DNA of 64,000 nucleotides from Candidatus Aenigmatarchaeota archaeon (GTDB lineage Archaea; Aenigmatarchaeota; Aenigmatarchaeia; CG10238-14; SCSR01): contig JACRAE010000006.1 of the NCBI GenBank assembly GCA_016213525.1, positions 16,691 to 80,690 of the forward strand, read 5' to 3'. Below, piece after piece: positions 1-10,560 of the stretch. The notes beneath the pieces are model-generated. The model worked only from the letters and a program-made list of their open reading frames with translations. It was not told the origin of the DNA and searched no databases. Positions within the stretch are counted from its first letter, which is position 1. Every line of letters starts with the position of its first letter. Made by a program: the position numbers and the translations under genes.

Positions 1-35
1 ATCTCAAGGACCGGTATCTGGCCTTTCATTCCCAT
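1..35 (-). CDS. 5' end of a probable pilin-like protein (runs off the window start)
   Basis: Minus strand reads ATG GGA ATG AAA GGC CAG ATA CCG GTC CTT GAG = MGMKGQIPVLE, the same KG|Q class III signal motif as the neighbouring genes; starts just after the stop at 38. Confidence 0.6.
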   Translation of the reverse strand, partial: MGMKGQIPVLE

Positions 36-37
36 TT

Positions 38-559
38 TCACGGCCTCCACACCTGAAGCGTCATGTCGCCGAACCTGCCGTCGTCGAACGCCACTATCCT
101 CCTGACGGTGACGGAGAACCCGCGCGTGTTGTTCCTGGGGGCGTTGCAGTCGAGCCTTGGGCTGCCGTCTGTCCTGTCGACGATCAGCATGGACATCTCA
201 AGGTCCGTGTACATCTTCGACCTGATTGCCTGCTGTCCGAGGGAGGCGCACGTCGAGCCCATGGACGTTATCTTGGAGGTAGAGAGGAGGTTCGTCTTGT
301 TGAGAGTCTGGTTGGACAGTCCGAAAAGGACGGTCTGCGAGTATGGTAGGGCATTCCAGTTTGCCGGTATGCCCGGGCTGTTTATCAGTATCTCGGACAT
401 CTGGTAGGCCTCGGACCTTATCCTCTGGCTCTCCATCTCGCCCGTGAACTCCGGCACCAGGTTCGACATTTCGAATAGGAAGTAGACCACGAAGAAGATG
501 AAGATTATCATGGCGACGAAGTACTCTATCGAGAGCTGACCTTTTGTTGCGGGTGACAT
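38..559 (-). CDS. Type IV pilin-like protein (class III signal peptide)
   Basis: N-terminus MSPATKG|QLSIEYFVAMIIFIFF: basic residue, Gly, Q+1, E+5, hydrophobic helix; inside the pilus operon. Confidence 0.8.
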   Translation of the reverse strand: MSPATKGQLSIEYFVAMIIFIFFVVYFLFEMSNLVPEFTGEMESQRIRSEAYQMSEILINSPGIPANWNALPYSQTVLFGLSNQTLNKTNLLSTSKITSMGSTCASLGQQAIRSKMYTDLEMSMLIVDRTDGSPRLDCNAPRNNTRGFSVTVRRIVAFDDGRFGDMTLQVWRP

Positions 560-560
560 T

Positions 561-1601
561 TTAGATTCCCAGGAAACCGAGCTGTATCATTATCATGAAC
601 GCCCCCACGGTGATGCCGGCGAGTATTACGCTGTGCTTTATTCCGGCCTTAACGGAGCCCTCGCTTATCTGACCCGCTATTATCCCGGACAGTATGGACT
701 GTATCAGGGCCATCATGAAGAACAGGGAGGTGTAGTAGGTAGATATCTGGTTCAGGACGCCGACGTCCTTCAGCTTGCATATGCTCTCGACCTGCTTCGC
801 GGGGGCCAGCATGCACTGGTACAGGTTGTTGTACACGTTCTCGCATATCGCACATTCCAGGCCGGTGCAGGTGCTGCACGGGTTCTCCAAGGCTATGACG
901 GCCGAGACAGCCCCTCCGGAGGCCGTGTCCTGGCCGGAGCTGAATATCGGTATCAGGAACTTGCTTATCGCGGCTATTATGACGACGAAGATTATCGATA
1001 TGGCGTACATCAGCAGCACGTACTGGCTGAGGAGGCTCTTCTTCTCCTTCTCGGCGTCCTCCAGGCTGTTGGCGCTGTCGGCCACAGATTCGAGGGTCGT
1101 CACCACCTGCCCGCCCGACAGGAAAGACTCGCGTATGATTCTCGATGACGCGTATATCCTCTTGCTCACCTTCATCCTCTCGGAGAACCTGTCGAGGACC
1201 TTGTCGAGGGTCACGCCCCAGCTTATCTGGTGCGCCATCTTCTTCACCTCCGGGCTCAGCGCGCCGTAGTCGTTCTTGCTGGCAGTTATTATCGCCTTGT
1301 GGAACGGCATGCCAGACCTGATGTTCTCTGTCAGGTCCCTCAGGAACGCGGGGAAAGTCTCTTCCATTTCCTTGATCCCCCGGAACTTCTGGTAGTATAT
1401 CAGAATTTGAGGCGTGACGTTGACGAAGACGCCGATTACGAAGAATATGCCGAGCACGCCCACGTTCCCGCTCAGGAAGCCTACGAGTATCGTGACCGCC
1501 GTCAGAGACATCGTTATTATGAGTATGTGCCTCGGGTCCGTGAAGTCCAGGTTCAGGCTCTTCTTCTCTTCCTTGCGGTGGGGCCTGTGTGTGGTCTGCA
1601 T
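561..1601 (-). CDS. Type II/IV secretion system F-family membrane platform protein (TadC/ArlJ-like)
   Basis: FPAFLRDLTENIRSGM...DYGALSPEV T2SSF-like motif, multiple TM helices, C-terminal GIIAGQISEGS...GIKH; also a Cys-rich loop. Confidence 0.9.
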   Translation of the reverse strand: MQTTHRPHRKEEKKSLNLDFTDPRHILIITMSLTAVTILVGFLSGNVGVLGIFFVIGVFVNVTPQILIYYQKFRGIKEMEETFPAFLRDLTENIRSGMPFHKAIITASKNDYGALSPEVKKMAHQISWGVTLDKVLDRFSERMKVSKRIYASSRIIRESFLSGGQVVTTLESVADSANSLEDAEKEKKSLLSQYVLLMYAISIIFVVIIAAISKFLIPIFSSGQDTASGGAVSAVIALENPCSTCTGLECAICENVYNNLYQCMLAPAKQVESICKLKDVGVLNQISTYYTSLFFMMALIQSILSGIIAGQISEGSVKAGIKHSVILAGITVGAFMIMIQLGFLGI

Positions 1602-1602
1602 T

Positions 1603-2472
1603 CTATTCCCCTCCCGGCGTCGCCGACTTTATCATCATGATGAAGGCCGCGGATATGATCGGCATGAACAGGAATATCAACGTGAACTGCAGCATTATGA
1701 TGTTCTCCCCACCCCCGGATATTCCGGACACTATGGCCGTCAGTACGGTGAAAAATATCGCCCCGAGGACTATCGACGTCAGGTAGATCTCAACGTAGAC
1801 CGTGAGGGCGTGCGAGAACTCGTAGAGGGACCTCCTGTAGTCGGCCATGTATGCCTCTGACTTTTCCTTCAGGTAGATGTTCATGTTGGCCCCTGACTTG
1901 AGGGTGGACAGCATCCCATACAGCATCTCCCGGAACTTCTTGCTCGGGGACCTTTCTATGGCCCTTTCGAGCGCGGTCGCGACGTCGAGCCCGAAGAGCT
2001 TGATGTCCTCGTTTATCGAGTTGATCTGCTTCACAACCTCCCCGTACTTCAGGAACTTGGTGAACACGTCGAAGCTCTTGTGGAGGGGGAGGTTCGAGCT
2101 CGATATGGTGGAGAGGTACATCGTGGCGAACGGCAGCGCGTCGTCTATCTCCTTCGACTTGCCCTGTATCACGAGCTTCGGGTACTGGGGCAGGGCGAAG
2201 AAAACCCCCATAGTAACTATAAGGGAGACGAGAGTCGAAAGGAGGAAACCGAAGAGGAAGTCCGACAGGAGCAGGCCGAAGACGAACGACAAAACCGGCA
2301 GCATCACTATGAGGGATATCAGGCTCACCGTCATGGACATGCTGATGAACTCCTGGACGGTGAGCGGCATTTCCGCCCTCTTCAGGTCCGCCTTGAGGTC
2401 CGGGAAGTATGGGACTATGGCGTCGCTGTATTCCTTGAAGAGCTGGAAGGAGAGCTTCTGCAGGTCTCCCAA
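1603..2472 (-). CDS. Type II/IV secretion system F-family membrane protein (TadB/C-like)
   Basis: IDDALPFATMYLSTISSS...YGEV...SPSKKFRE motif, TM helices; follows the ATPase. Confidence 0.9.
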   Translation of the reverse strand: MGDLQKLSFQLFKEYSDAIVPYFPDLKADLKRAEMPLTVQEFISMSMTVSLISLIVMLPVLSFVFGLLLSDFLFGFLLSTLVSLIVTMGVFFALPQYPKLVIQGKSKEIDDALPFATMYLSTISSSNLPLHKSFDVFTKFLKYGEVVKQINSINEDIKLFGLDVATALERAIERSPSKKFREMLYGMLSTLKSGANMNIYLKEKSEAYMADYRRSLYEFSHALTVYVEIYLTSIVLGAIFFTVLTAIVSGISGGGENIIMLQFTLIFLFMPIISAAFIMMIKSATPGGE

Positions 2473-2473
2473 A

Positions 2474-4375
2474 TCACTCGCCTCCGGTTATGGTTGCCAG
2501 CACCCTGTTCGGATAATGATAGTACATGTTCACGACTTCGTAGACGTTCTTGTATTCGGTTATGTTCTTCTCGAGCATCCAATTCAGTACGATCATCCTC
2601 CTTCTCATCTCATCGAACACATCCTGCTCCGACATGCCCGTGGCCTCGGTTATCTTCTTCAAGAGGACAGATTTCGACGCGGTCTCGACGTCGTCGTTTA
2701 TCGAGTTCCACTTGAAGACGGTGTTCGTGACCGGGAAGTCTGCGTCCTGGGGGAAGTCGACCATCTCCACGACCTCGTTCATCCTCCTCACGAACTTGTC
2801 CCTGTATCTCACCCTCAGCAGGAATATCACCAGGTCCAGGCTGCCGACGAGAGTCTTCGGCAGGGATATAGGCGCGGTGGTGAGGCGATCCACCAGCTTG
2901 TCCATGTTTTCCGCGTGTATCGTGGAGTATGACGGGTGACCCGTCGCCATCTGTTGGAACAGGACGAAAGCCTCTTGGCCCCTGACCTCTCCCACGATTA
3001 TGTAGTCCGGCCTCTGCCTCAGGCTCTCCTTCAGCAGCGCGAACATGTCTATCTCGTTTGAGTTCTGCGACGTCGCCACCGTGGTCCTAGCCACAGTCGG
3101 CACCCAGTGAGGGTGCGGCAGCCTGAGCTCGGCCGTGTCCTCGATCGATATTATCTTCTTGTCCGGCCTGATGAAGAGCGATATGGCGTTCAGGAAGCTA
3201 GTCTTTCCCGAGGCCGTGCCTCCGGACACCAGGATGCTGCGCCCATAGTCGACGGCCATCCACAGGTACGCGAGGTTCCTCACGTTCACGCTCCCGTACT
3301 TCAAAAGATGTATCGGCGTTATGGGCTCGTCGCTGAACTTCCTGATTGTGAAGTTGCTCCCCTTCCTCGCTATGTCCGTGGCGAGGGTGGCCTGCAGCCT
3401 GCTCCCGTCGGGCAGGGCGCCGTCCAGCAGGGGCTCCGACACGGAGAGGGACTTGCCAGTGAGCTGCCCGAGCTTGGTGATGAAGGAGTCGAGCTCGTCG
3501 CCGTCGTAGAATATTATGTTAGTCGCGATGGATCCGAGCTCCGGGTTCCTATGGAAGACGAAAATGGGTATTCCTATGCCGTCGCAGCTGATGTCCTCTA
3601 TCTGGATGTCATGCATTATCGGCTCTATCTTTCCGAGACCCATGAAGTCCCTCTCTATGAAGTACTGGAGTATCCTCTTCTCCATGTCCGTTATCTCGAA
3701 ATTATAGTAGTCGAGGAGCTTGTCAATCTCGCTCCTCAGGTAGTCTGTGGCTTCGGATATCTTCAGCCTGGAGAAATCGACGTCGAGCTTCTCCTCGAGC
3801 AGCTCCTTGACCTTAGCTATGACGCCCTTGATGTTGTCCGTTATCTGGGGCTCCACGACCTCGTACTTGTAGCTGTTCGTCTTCGCGTCCCAGGATATCT
3901 TGGCGTAGGCCATTATCGGCTCCCCTTTAGTGGGGTTCCTGGGTATCAGGGGGTAGGTGAGCGTCTTCATGGGCTGCATCTCCTGCCTGACCTCCGACAT
4001 CTTCGCCTTGCTCTCCATCGATGGTATCTCGTACCCCTCTATGCTGACGGCGTTTTTTATCAGCTCCCTCTTCTCGGGTTTCTCCAGAACCTGCTGTACC
4101 TGGACTGGCTGCTGCATCTGAACGGGCTGCTGTTGGACCTGGGCCGGCTGCTGCGGATACGGGGCGCTCGGATAGTTGCCGGAGAACCTCATGTTCACCG
4201 GTATCTGCACCGGGGACACTATAGGCTGTATGAAAATCGGTATGTTCCTGCCCTGTCCGCCGGGACCCACCTCTATAGGGCCCTGTGCCTTTGAGGACTC
4301 CTCGTAGTACTCCTTCAGCCTCTTCTTTCTGTATCCGTTCGCCATGACGCGGAACGTGTGTTTACCTAGGTTCAT
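2474..4375 (-). CDS. Type II/IV secretion/pilus assembly ATPase (ArlI/VirB11/TadA family); alternative start ATG at 4345
   Basis: Walker A GGTASGKT, SIEDTAEL, LRQRPDYIIVGEVRG, GHPSYSTIHA. Confidence 0.95.
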   Translation of the reverse strand: MNLGKHTFRVMANGYRKKRLKEYYEESSKAQGPIEVGPGGQGRNIPIFIQPIVSPVQIPVNMRFSGNYPSAPYPQQPAQVQQQPVQMQQPVQVQQVLEKPEKRELIKNAVSIEGYEIPSMESKAKMSEVRQEMQPMKTLTYPLIPRNPTKGEPIMAYAKISWDAKTNSYKYEVVEPQITDNIKGVIAKVKELLEEKLDVDFSRLKISEATDYLRSEIDKLLDYYNFEITDMEKRILQYFIERDFMGLGKIEPIMHDIQIEDISCDGIGIPIFVFHRNPELGSIATNIIFYDGDELDSFITKLGQLTGKSLSVSEPLLDGALPDGSRLQATLATDIARKGSNFTIRKFSDEPITPIHLLKYGSVNVRNLAYLWMAVDYGRSILVSGGTASGKTSFLNAISLFIRPDKKIISIEDTAELRLPHPHWVPTVARTTVATSQNSNEIDMFALLKESLRQRPDYIIVGEVRGQEAFVLFQQMATGHPSYSTIHAENMDKLVDRLTTAPISLPKTLVGSLDLVIFLLRVRYRDKFVRRMNEVVEMVDFPQDADFPVTNTVFKWNSINDDVETASKSVLLKKITEATGMSEQDVFDEMRRRMIVLNWMLEKNITEYKNVYEVVNMYYHYPNRVLATITGGE

Positions 4376-4806
4376 AGCAGGATCCTTAGTATATTTTGGG
4401 TCTTGTTATAGGATAATATTATTGGTTTCGATGAAATCTGCAGCCCGCCGGCGTCCACCAGGCCCCTCGTGAGGTTGTGGACCGTGGTCGCATACCTGAC
4501 AGCCCCGGGTTGGGTTATCGTCACCAGGTGGGTCGTGTTCAGCCACACCTGGGTGAAGGCGCCGGCGGTGGTGTTGGATATGCGGGTCGTTATGTTGACG
4601 TTGTCGCACTCCTTGCAGGACACGAGCTCCTTCACGGCTAGGGCCGAGAAGTAGCTGTTCACGGTCTTCCTGTTCTGCTCCGCTATGTCGTCCGTGAAGA
4701 CGTCTATTCTGCCCCTGAAAAGGCCGCTTATGGAGAGGAACAGGGCGAGCCCTATCATGAAAAAGAGGACGAACTGGATGACCTGGGACTGTCCTTTGGA
4801 CGGCAT
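4372..4806 (-). CDS. Pilin-like protein (class III signal peptide)
   Basis: MPSKG|QSQVIQFVLFFMIGLALF. Confidence 0.75.
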   Translation of the reverse strand: MPSKGQSQVIQFVLFFMIGLALFLSISGLFRGRIDVFTDDIAEQNRKTVNSYFSALAVKELVSCKECDNVNITTRISNTTAGAFTQVWLNTTHLVTITQPGAVRYATTVHNLTRGLVDAGGLQISSKPIILSYNKTQNILRILL

Positions 4807-5463
4807 CTATATCAATAGGATTTTCACGTCTGTAGTAATCAAGGTTTTCGGGCCCACGGTTTGCTGGCTCCTCCTGTCGAACTCCATCCTTATCGCCCTC
4901 TTCTCGCCCGAGGAAATGAGCTGGCTCGACGGGTGCTTGACCAGGTTGATTTTGAAGCCGTTCCTCTTCTCGGCGTCCTCGAGCTCCCTCATGAACATTT
5001 TGTAGGTGATGTTGTAGTGCCCCGAGCCGGTCCTGGAGGCCTTGGCGCAGATCACGGCCGGCTCGTCCTGTCCCAAAACCCCATTGGCAGGCGGGCACGC
5101 GCCCCCCGTCAGGGAGACCCACTTGCCGTCCGTGTTCTTGCTGCTGACGGTACCCGTGAACGTGAACTCGAGGCTGTTGTTCTCCACTGCTACCGAGTCG
5201 TATGGGTACAGGCGGACGACCCCGTTCAGGTCTATGGTCACCTGGTCCTTGCCGCCGCTGTTGGCCACGGCCTGGATCTTGTTCTGAATCGAGTTTATGT
5301 TCGTCTCCGAGAAGAACGCCTGGGCCCTCTTGTCCAACGCCTCGTCCTGGTTCTTGTTTATCAGGGGCAGGCCGAACGTGTACGCCACCCCGAGGAGGCC
5401 TATCGCCAGGCCGAGTATCATGACGACCGCTATTATGTCGGACTGTCCTTTCAGGAGCTGCAT
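4807..5463 (-). CDS. Pilin-like protein (class III signal peptide)
   Basis: MQLLKG|QSDIIAVVMILGLAIGLLGVAY. Confidence 0.8.
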   Translation of the reverse strand: MQLLKGQSDIIAVVMILGLAIGLLGVAYTFGLPLINKNQDEALDKRAQAFFSETNINSIQNKIQAVANSGGKDQVTIDLNGVVRLYPYDSVAVENNSLEFTFTGTVSSKNTDGKWVSLTGGACPPANGVLGQDEPAVICAKASRTGSGHYNITYKMFMRELEDAEKRNGFKINLVKHPSSQLISSGEKRAIRMEFDRRSQQTVGPKTLITTDVKILLI

Positions 5464-5485
5464 AAGAATCTATTTTCCAAGTCGC

Positions 5486-6010
5486 CTATACCGGCTTCGG
5501 CTGGAACATCGGCGGGCGCCTTATCGTGCCTGGGGGCGGAAGCTGCATCGGCCTCCTCATCTTCTTCTCCATCTCTTCTATGGAGCTCATGACGGCCTGG
5601 TTGCTGTCCACTATCTTTTTGTTGCTGTCCACGATTTCGGCCATCTTGTCAATCAGCGGCTTCATGTTGTCGACGGAAGGCGCGCCGTAGTCCTCGCCCC
5701 CGGACGCCTTGATAAACGATATCAGCTCGTCGAGCTTGCCGATCATGTCCTCCAGCCTGGAAGGCAGCCTCGAAAGCTCAATCCTCAGGGAGTCGTTCGC
5801 CTTCGCCAGTTCGTCTACAATCTGCTGGTTCATCCTGATTATCTCGACCAGCTCGCGGTAGAATTCTTTCGAGTCCAAACCAGAAGACTTGGTCTCTATC
5901 TCTTCCATCCTCTTCTCCAGCTTCCTCAGCGGGGAGACGGGAATGAGCTCGTACTCGTGCTCGTCCTGGACGCGGTCCTTTATCTTGTTGCTTTGGTCCT
6001 GCATCGGCAT
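5486..6010 (-). CDS. Hypothetical coiled-coil protein with Pro-rich C-terminus, at the head of the pilus operon
   Basis: Heptad-like E/K/L pattern, host-like codon usage, co-oriented with pilus genes. Confidence 0.7.
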   Translation of the reverse strand: MPMQDQSNKIKDRVQDEHEYELIPVSPLRKLEKRMEEIETKSSGLDSKEFYRELVEIIRMNQQIVDELAKANDSLRIELSRLPSRLEDMIGKLDELISFIKASGGEDYGAPSVDNMKPLIDKMAEIVDSNKKIVDSNQAVMSSIEEMEKKMRRPMQLPPPGTIRRPPMFQPKPV

Positions 6011-6086
6011 TTGAGCACCTTAGATTATTTGGCTAAAGGGGCAGATAAAAGTTTGCGTGGGGCGGAATCCGCGCGTTTCTCCGTGT

Positions 6087-6548
6087 TTAAAGGTCCGTTT
6101 CGACGTCGATTTTCATGTTGGGCATGCCCCTGAGCTTCTCCAGGTTGCGCCTGTATGACAAGTCGCTGAGGCACGCGTCGCCCATCTCGGTCAGATGATA
6201 AGTGTCGCGGCCCTCGCGGCTCAGCACGGGGAAGTCGTAAGTGGAGAGCGCGGAGAGCACTTTCTTGACGCTGTTCTTCGAGAGCCCCGTCTCCACGGCC
6301 ACGTCGTCCGGGACTATTGTGAAGCAGTTCCTGTTCTCATAAGAAATGGACTCCATACCGCACCTCTCGCCATGGAGGTACTCCAAGACCTTCCTGGCCT
6401 TCTCGTCCCCCATAACCAGTTCGGTTATCAGGCGGGCATAGCGGTTCTTACTCTCGTTCTTCTTGTACTCCCGTATGTGGTCCGTGCGGCCGTCCTTCTG
6501 CTGGGGCATGTAGCCGGCGTCCGCATGCTTGTCTAAAGTTGCGTTCAT
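6087..6548 (-). CDS. Hypothetical protein with possible winged-helix domain
   Basis: PDDVAVETGLSKNSVKKVLSAL...TYHLTEMG resembles an HTH plus wing. Confidence 0.55.
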   Translation of the reverse strand: MNATLDKHADAGYMPQQKDGRTDHIREYKKNESKNRYARLITELVMGDEKARKVLEYLHGERCGMESISYENRNCFTIVPDDVAVETGLSKNSVKKVLSALSTYDFPVLSREGRDTYHLTEMGDACLSDLSYRRNLEKLRGMPNMKIDVETDL

Positions 6549-6576
6549 GGAAAGTCTATTAAAACCTAACGTTTAA

Positions 6577-7011
6577 ATGTCTATCATGAGGAGCGAAAGA
6601 TCGGCGGGTTTCGTCGTTTTCAGGAAAGACACCAGGGGTCTGGTCTACCTTTTGTTGCAGAACAGCTCTAAGTTCTTCTGGGACTTCCCGAAGGGCCACA
6701 TATCCCCCGGGGAGGGCGAGGAGGCGGCCGCGAGGCGCGAGCTGATGGAGGAGGCCGGAATAACCCAGATAACCCCCGTCTCGGGGTTCCGCGAGCAGGT
6801 CAGCTATTCCTACACGTTCAGGGACGAGGTCATACAGAAAGACCTCATAATGTTCGCGGGAGAGGTCCCAGACGAGAGGGTCGTATTGTCTTGGGAGCAC
6901 AGCAGCTTCGCATGGCTGACCTTCGACGACGCGAGGGAGAGGCTGAAGGACAAGAAGCTGGCCGTTCTAGAGAAGGCGCACGGGTTCCTGTCCGAGAACC
7001 TTGGACTTTGA
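6577..7011 (+). CDS. NUDIX hydrolase (Ap4A hydrolase-like)
   Basis: WDFPKGHISPGEGEEAAARRELMEEAG Nudix box; LSWEH motif. Confidence 0.9.
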   Translation: MSIMRSERSAGFVVFRKDTRGLVYLLLQNSSKFFWDFPKGHISPGEGEEAAARRELMEEAGITQITPVSGFREQVSYSYTFRDEVIQKDLIMFAGEVPDERVVLSWEHSSFAWLTFDDARERLKDKKLAVLEKAHGFLSENLGL

Positions 7012-7045
7012 GCCGAAGAAGAATCCTATTATGAGAGCCGGGTTC

Positions 7046-8704
7046 CTACTCGCCGCCCATTCCGCCCATGTCCGGCATCCCACCCCTCGGCATGCCGCCG
7101 CCCATCTTGCTGGCTGATATCACGTCGTCTATCCTGAGAATCATCTCGGCGGCCTCAGACGCGGACTTTATCACCTGTGTCTTCACCTTCAGCGGCTCGA
7201 CTATGCCCTCCTTCTTCGCGTCTATCACGTTCCCGGTGAACACACCGACACCGGCGTTCAAGTTCCCCTTCTCATGCTCCACGCGCAGGTTTACAAGTAT
7301 GTCTATCGGGTCTATGCCTGCGTTCTCCGCCAAGCTCCTCGGGACCACTTCCAAGGCATCCGCGAAGGCCCTTATCGCGAGCTGCTCCCTTCCGGAGAAC
7401 TTCTGCGCCTCCTTCTTGAGCTTGCTCGAGAGCTCGCACTCGGGCGCGCCCGCTCCGTATACTATCTTGCCGTCCTCCAACGCGGAGGAGACCGCGCCGA
7501 CCGCGTCCTCGACGCTCCTGTCGACCTCGTCCACGAAGTGCTCCGTGCTGCCCCTCACCAGTATGGTGACGGCCTTCGGGTCCTTGCAGTCCTCTATAAA
7601 CGTCATCGACTCCCCGCCTATCTTCTTCTCCTCCACCTTCTTCGCGAAGCCCAGGTCGTTCGGTCCCAGGTCGTCCAAGTTCGTGACCACCCTGCCGCCG
7701 GTGGCCTTCGACAGCGCCTCCATATCGGACTTCTTGACGCGCCTGCACACCGCTATGCCCTTCTTGGCGAGGTAGTGCTGGGCGAGGTCGTCTATCCCCT
7801 TCTGGCAGAGCAGGACGTTCGCGCCGCTCTTCGAGACCTTCTCGACCATGTCCTTCAGCATCTTCTGCTCCTGCTCGATGAAGGCCTGCATCTGGTCTGG
7901 CGACGTAATCCTTATCTCGGCGTCCGTCTCGGTCTCCTTGACCTCGAGGGCGACGTCCAAAAGTGCTATCTTCGCGTCCGCCAGGCTCTTCGGCATGGCC
8001 GGGTGCACGATCTCCTTGTCTATGACTATCCCCTTCACCAGCTGGGTGTCTTCGGTAGAACCGCCGTGCTTCTTCTCGCGCTTCACGTTGTCCGAGTCGA
8101 TGACTATCTTGCCGCCCTTAGTCTCGGCCACGGTCCTCACGGCGTCCACGACTATCTGCGCCAGCAGCGGCGAGGCGCGCTCTATCGACTTGCCGGACAT
8201 CGACGTTATCGCAATCTTCAGCAGCATCTCCGTGTCCTGGAGGGTGACAGGCTGGGCGATGTTCTGGAGTATCTTCAACGACTCCTCCTTCGCAATCTTG
8301 AATCCCCTTGCTATCACAGTCGGATGTATGTCCTGGTCGAGAAGCTCCTCTGCCTTCTTCAGCAGCTCGCCGGCGAAAATAACGGATGTGGTGGTGCCGT
8401 CCCCGACCTCCTCGTTCTGGGTCTTCGCGACCTCGACCATCATCTTCGCGGCCGGGTGCTCTATGTCCATCTCCTGCAAAATCGTGACGCCGTCGTTCGT
8501 TATGACTATGTCGCCTATGGAGCTGACGAGCATCTTGTCCATGCCCTTCGGCCCAAGGGTCGAGCGGACGGACTCGCCTACCGCGCGGGCGGCTGCTATG
8601 TTCTGCCTCTGGGCGTCCTTTCCGGTGGAGCGCAACGTGCCCTCGGGAAGAATCAGTACCGGCTGCCCGCCAAAATTACCCATCATTGCCTGACCCATGT
8701 CCAA
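7046..8704 (-). CDS. ths: Thermosome subunit (group II chaperonin); probable start ATG at 8698 or 8686
   Basis: [28 protein letters not shown]-repeat tail. Confidence 0.98.
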   Translation of the reverse strand: MDMGQAMMGNFGGQPVLILPEGTLRSTGKDAQRQNIAAARAVGESVRSTLGPKGMDKMLVSSIGDIVITNDGVTILQEMDIEHPAAKMMVEVAKTQNEEVGDGTTTSVIFAGELLKKAEELLDQDIHPTVIARGFKIAKEESLKILQNIAQPVTLQDTEMLLKIAITSMSGKSIERASPLLAQIVVDAVRTVAETKGGKIVIDSDNVKREKKHGGSTEDTQLVKGIVIDKEIVHPAMPKSLADAKIALLDVALEVKETETDAEIRITSPDQMQAFIEQEQKMLKDMVEKVSKSGANVLLCQKGIDDLAQHYLAKKGIAVCRRVKKSDMEALSKATGGRVVTNLDDLGPNDLGFAKKVEEKKIGGESMTFIEDCKDPKAVTILVRGSTEHFVDEVDRSVEDAVGAVSSALEDGKIVYGAGAPECELSSKLKKEAQKFSGREQLAIRAFADALEVVPRSLAENAGIDPIDILVNLRVEHEKGNLNAGVGVFTGNVIDAKKEGIVEPLKVKTQVIKSASEAAEMILRIDDVISASKMGGGMPRGGMPDMGGMGGE

Positions 8705-8759
8705 TATGTGTAAGTGGGTATATTTAAACCTTTCCCAGAAGCACGCCGCCGATATGGAA

Positions 8760-9107
8760 TTATTTCTTCAGCATTGGGTTCATTTGATTGTCGGGGGCCA
8801 AAACAGGCAGGTTCCCGTAAGTCACTTCCTTGATTTCATGTATCGGGATGACTATTTTATCCGCCACTTCGTTCGGAATGTCGCTCATCAGAAGCTTTTG
8901 CCGCACGAAGATTTTTTCGGCATTTATCCCGTTGCCGTAGAAGATGTCGGCGTAGGACTTTGAAAAGTAGGTTGAGAGCCTCAGCACGTTTGTGTATTCC
9001 TCCATGCACCTGTTGGCGCAGAACATGCCGTAATTGAAGATGCTGAACGCCGCACCAATCGCCGTTCCCTGCGCATTTTTGCTGGAATTGTCGTGAGACA
9101 TGAGCAA
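8760..9107 (-). CDS. Hypothetical protein (AT-richer orphan)
   Basis: ORF fills the gap, with a TATA-like TTTATAT upstream on the minus strand; no motif recognised. Confidence 0.5.
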   Translation of the reverse strand: MLMSHDNSSKNAQGTAIGAAFSIFNYGMFCANRCMEEYTNVLRLSTYFSKSYADIFYGNGINAEKIFVRQKLLMSDIPNEVADKIVIPIHEIKEVTYGNLPVLAPDNQMNPMLKK

Positions 9108-9138
9108 GAAGCTTGGATTTCGGCGGATATAAAGCCCA

Positions 9139-9549
9139 CTAAAGGACCCCGAACGATCCTAGGGTGCTCGTGAGCTCGCCGTACATCCTGATCTCCTCGA
9201 GGTTTTTCGGATATACCAGAGCGACCGAGAACTCGGTCAGATAGTTCAGAGTGGGCTTCACGCTCCAGGTGAGCTCCTCCTTCTCCACGTCCTTCAGGTC
9301 GTAACCGATGGACTCCGTCACCCTGTACCAGAACATGCCCAAAAGTATCCTCTGACTTACCCTTAGGGACCCGTTGCCCAGGTACGACTTTTCGCTCACA
9401 TATTCCTGACCCACGGTCTGGAGTATCTTCAAGGACTTCTCCATGGCAGGTATGAAGTTTTTCTTCTCCAGATCCCTCTCTCTGACAAAACTCTCTATGC
9501 TCTTCCTGCTCAAGTCGTTCAGAAGATTGTTGAGTTCGAGAACTTGCAT
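9139..9549 (-). CDS. Hypothetical protein
   Basis: ATG-initiated ORF filling the gap; no motif recognised. Confidence 0.55.
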   Translation of the reverse strand: MQVLELNNLLNDLSRKSIESFVRERDLEKKNFIPAMEKSLKILQTVGQEYVSEKSYLGNGSLRVSQRILLGMFWYRVTESIGYDLKDVEKEELTWSVKPTLNYLTEFSVALVYPKNLEEIRMYGELTSTLGSFGVL

Positions 9550-9585
9550 CCTAGAATAATGATTGTCAGAGAAAGGATTAATCCG

Positions 9586-10494
9586 CTACTCTTTCTCCTC
9601 TATTACCTTCTTCAGCTCCTTGGATGTGTGTATGTCGGGAAGGTCGGACTCCAGCACGACCGGGACGCCGTGAACGGACTCCTGCCTAGACTTCTTGGCG
9701 ACAACGACGGCCTTCGACGAGAAGAAGTCGGATATGTTCCTGATGTTTATCGCGCGCTTCTTCAGCTTGTCGACGTTCTGCGATATCGAGGTTATGATTG
9801 AGAACTTCTCCTTGCCGACGTTCTCGAACGGGGAGGAGTATATCGGGGAGTTGTCTATGCCCATCCTAGTGAACTCCCTCCCCACGCTCTCCTGCAGCTC
9901 GTTCCTCGGCTTGAGGTACGTCGGGGGCGCGTCCTTTATGGAGTACGGCCTCTTGATGTCCGTCGAGAGTATGTCCTCAAGCTTGTCCACCGTGTCCTTC
10001 GTCGGCCTGACGCGGCTGTTCTCTATCTCGTACACGGCCTTCTTCGAGACGCCTATCTTCGCGGCGAGGGACTCCAGGGTGAAGCCCATCTCTTTCCTCT
10101 TGTTCCTCAGGAGGTCTGTGTCTATCTCCATTGTGTGCCTGCCCTTGGCCGCCTCGATTGCGGTCACGTCCTCCTGCATCGTGATGGCCTCGAAAAGCTT
10201 CGGCGTCATGACCGGTATGTCGAATCTGGAATAGACCACGTCGTCGTCCAGGGTCTCGCGGTTGTTCTTGGTGCAGACCACGACGGCCTGGCAGTTCATG
10301 AAGTATGCCACCGACCGCAGGCTCATCGCCTGGTCTTCCTTCAGGGCGTCTATGTTCATGAGGACCTTGATGAGTATTATCTTGCCGTCGCGCTTCGTCA
10401 TTATGTCGAAGTTGCCCTCCGTCTTGAGGACCTTGTAGCCCCCCTTCTCGAGTGAGGTCACCACCTTGCCCGTCAGGAAGTTCTTGTCAAACAA
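9586..10494 (-). CDS. Conserved archaeal HTH transcriptional regulator (COG1395-like: nuclease-like N-domain plus Cro/C1 HTH)
   Basis: FDIMTKR...IKVLMNIDAL, DDDVVYSRFDIP, LRNKRKEMGFTLESLAAKIGVSKKAVYEIE. Confidence 0.85.
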   Translation of the reverse strand: MFDKNFLTGKVVTSLEKGGYKVLKTEGNFDIMTKRDGKIILIKVLMNIDALKEDQAMSLRSVAYFMNCQAVVVCTKNNRETLDDDVVYSRFDIPVMTPKLFEAITMQEDVTAIEAAKGRHTMEIDTDLLRNKRKEMGFTLESLAAKIGVSKKAVYEIENSRVRPTKDTVDKLEDILSTDIKRPYSIKDAPPTYLKPRNELQESVGREFTRMGIDNSPIYSSPFENVGKEKFSIITSISQNVDKLKKRAINIRNISDFFSSKAVVVAKKSRQESVHGVPVVLESDLPDIHTSKELKKVIEEKE

Positions 10495-10560
10495 TGGAAT
10501 CTACTGGTTACTTGTCCCGCGAAAATATTAAATGCGCGAGAAATCAAGCCTATTGAGAGA

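Noticed and set aside
8760-9549. AT-richer orphan ORFs (also 13924-14331 and 50669-51445) as mobile cassettes
   Set aside because: No flanking direct or inverted repeats were detected and the composition shift is mild.
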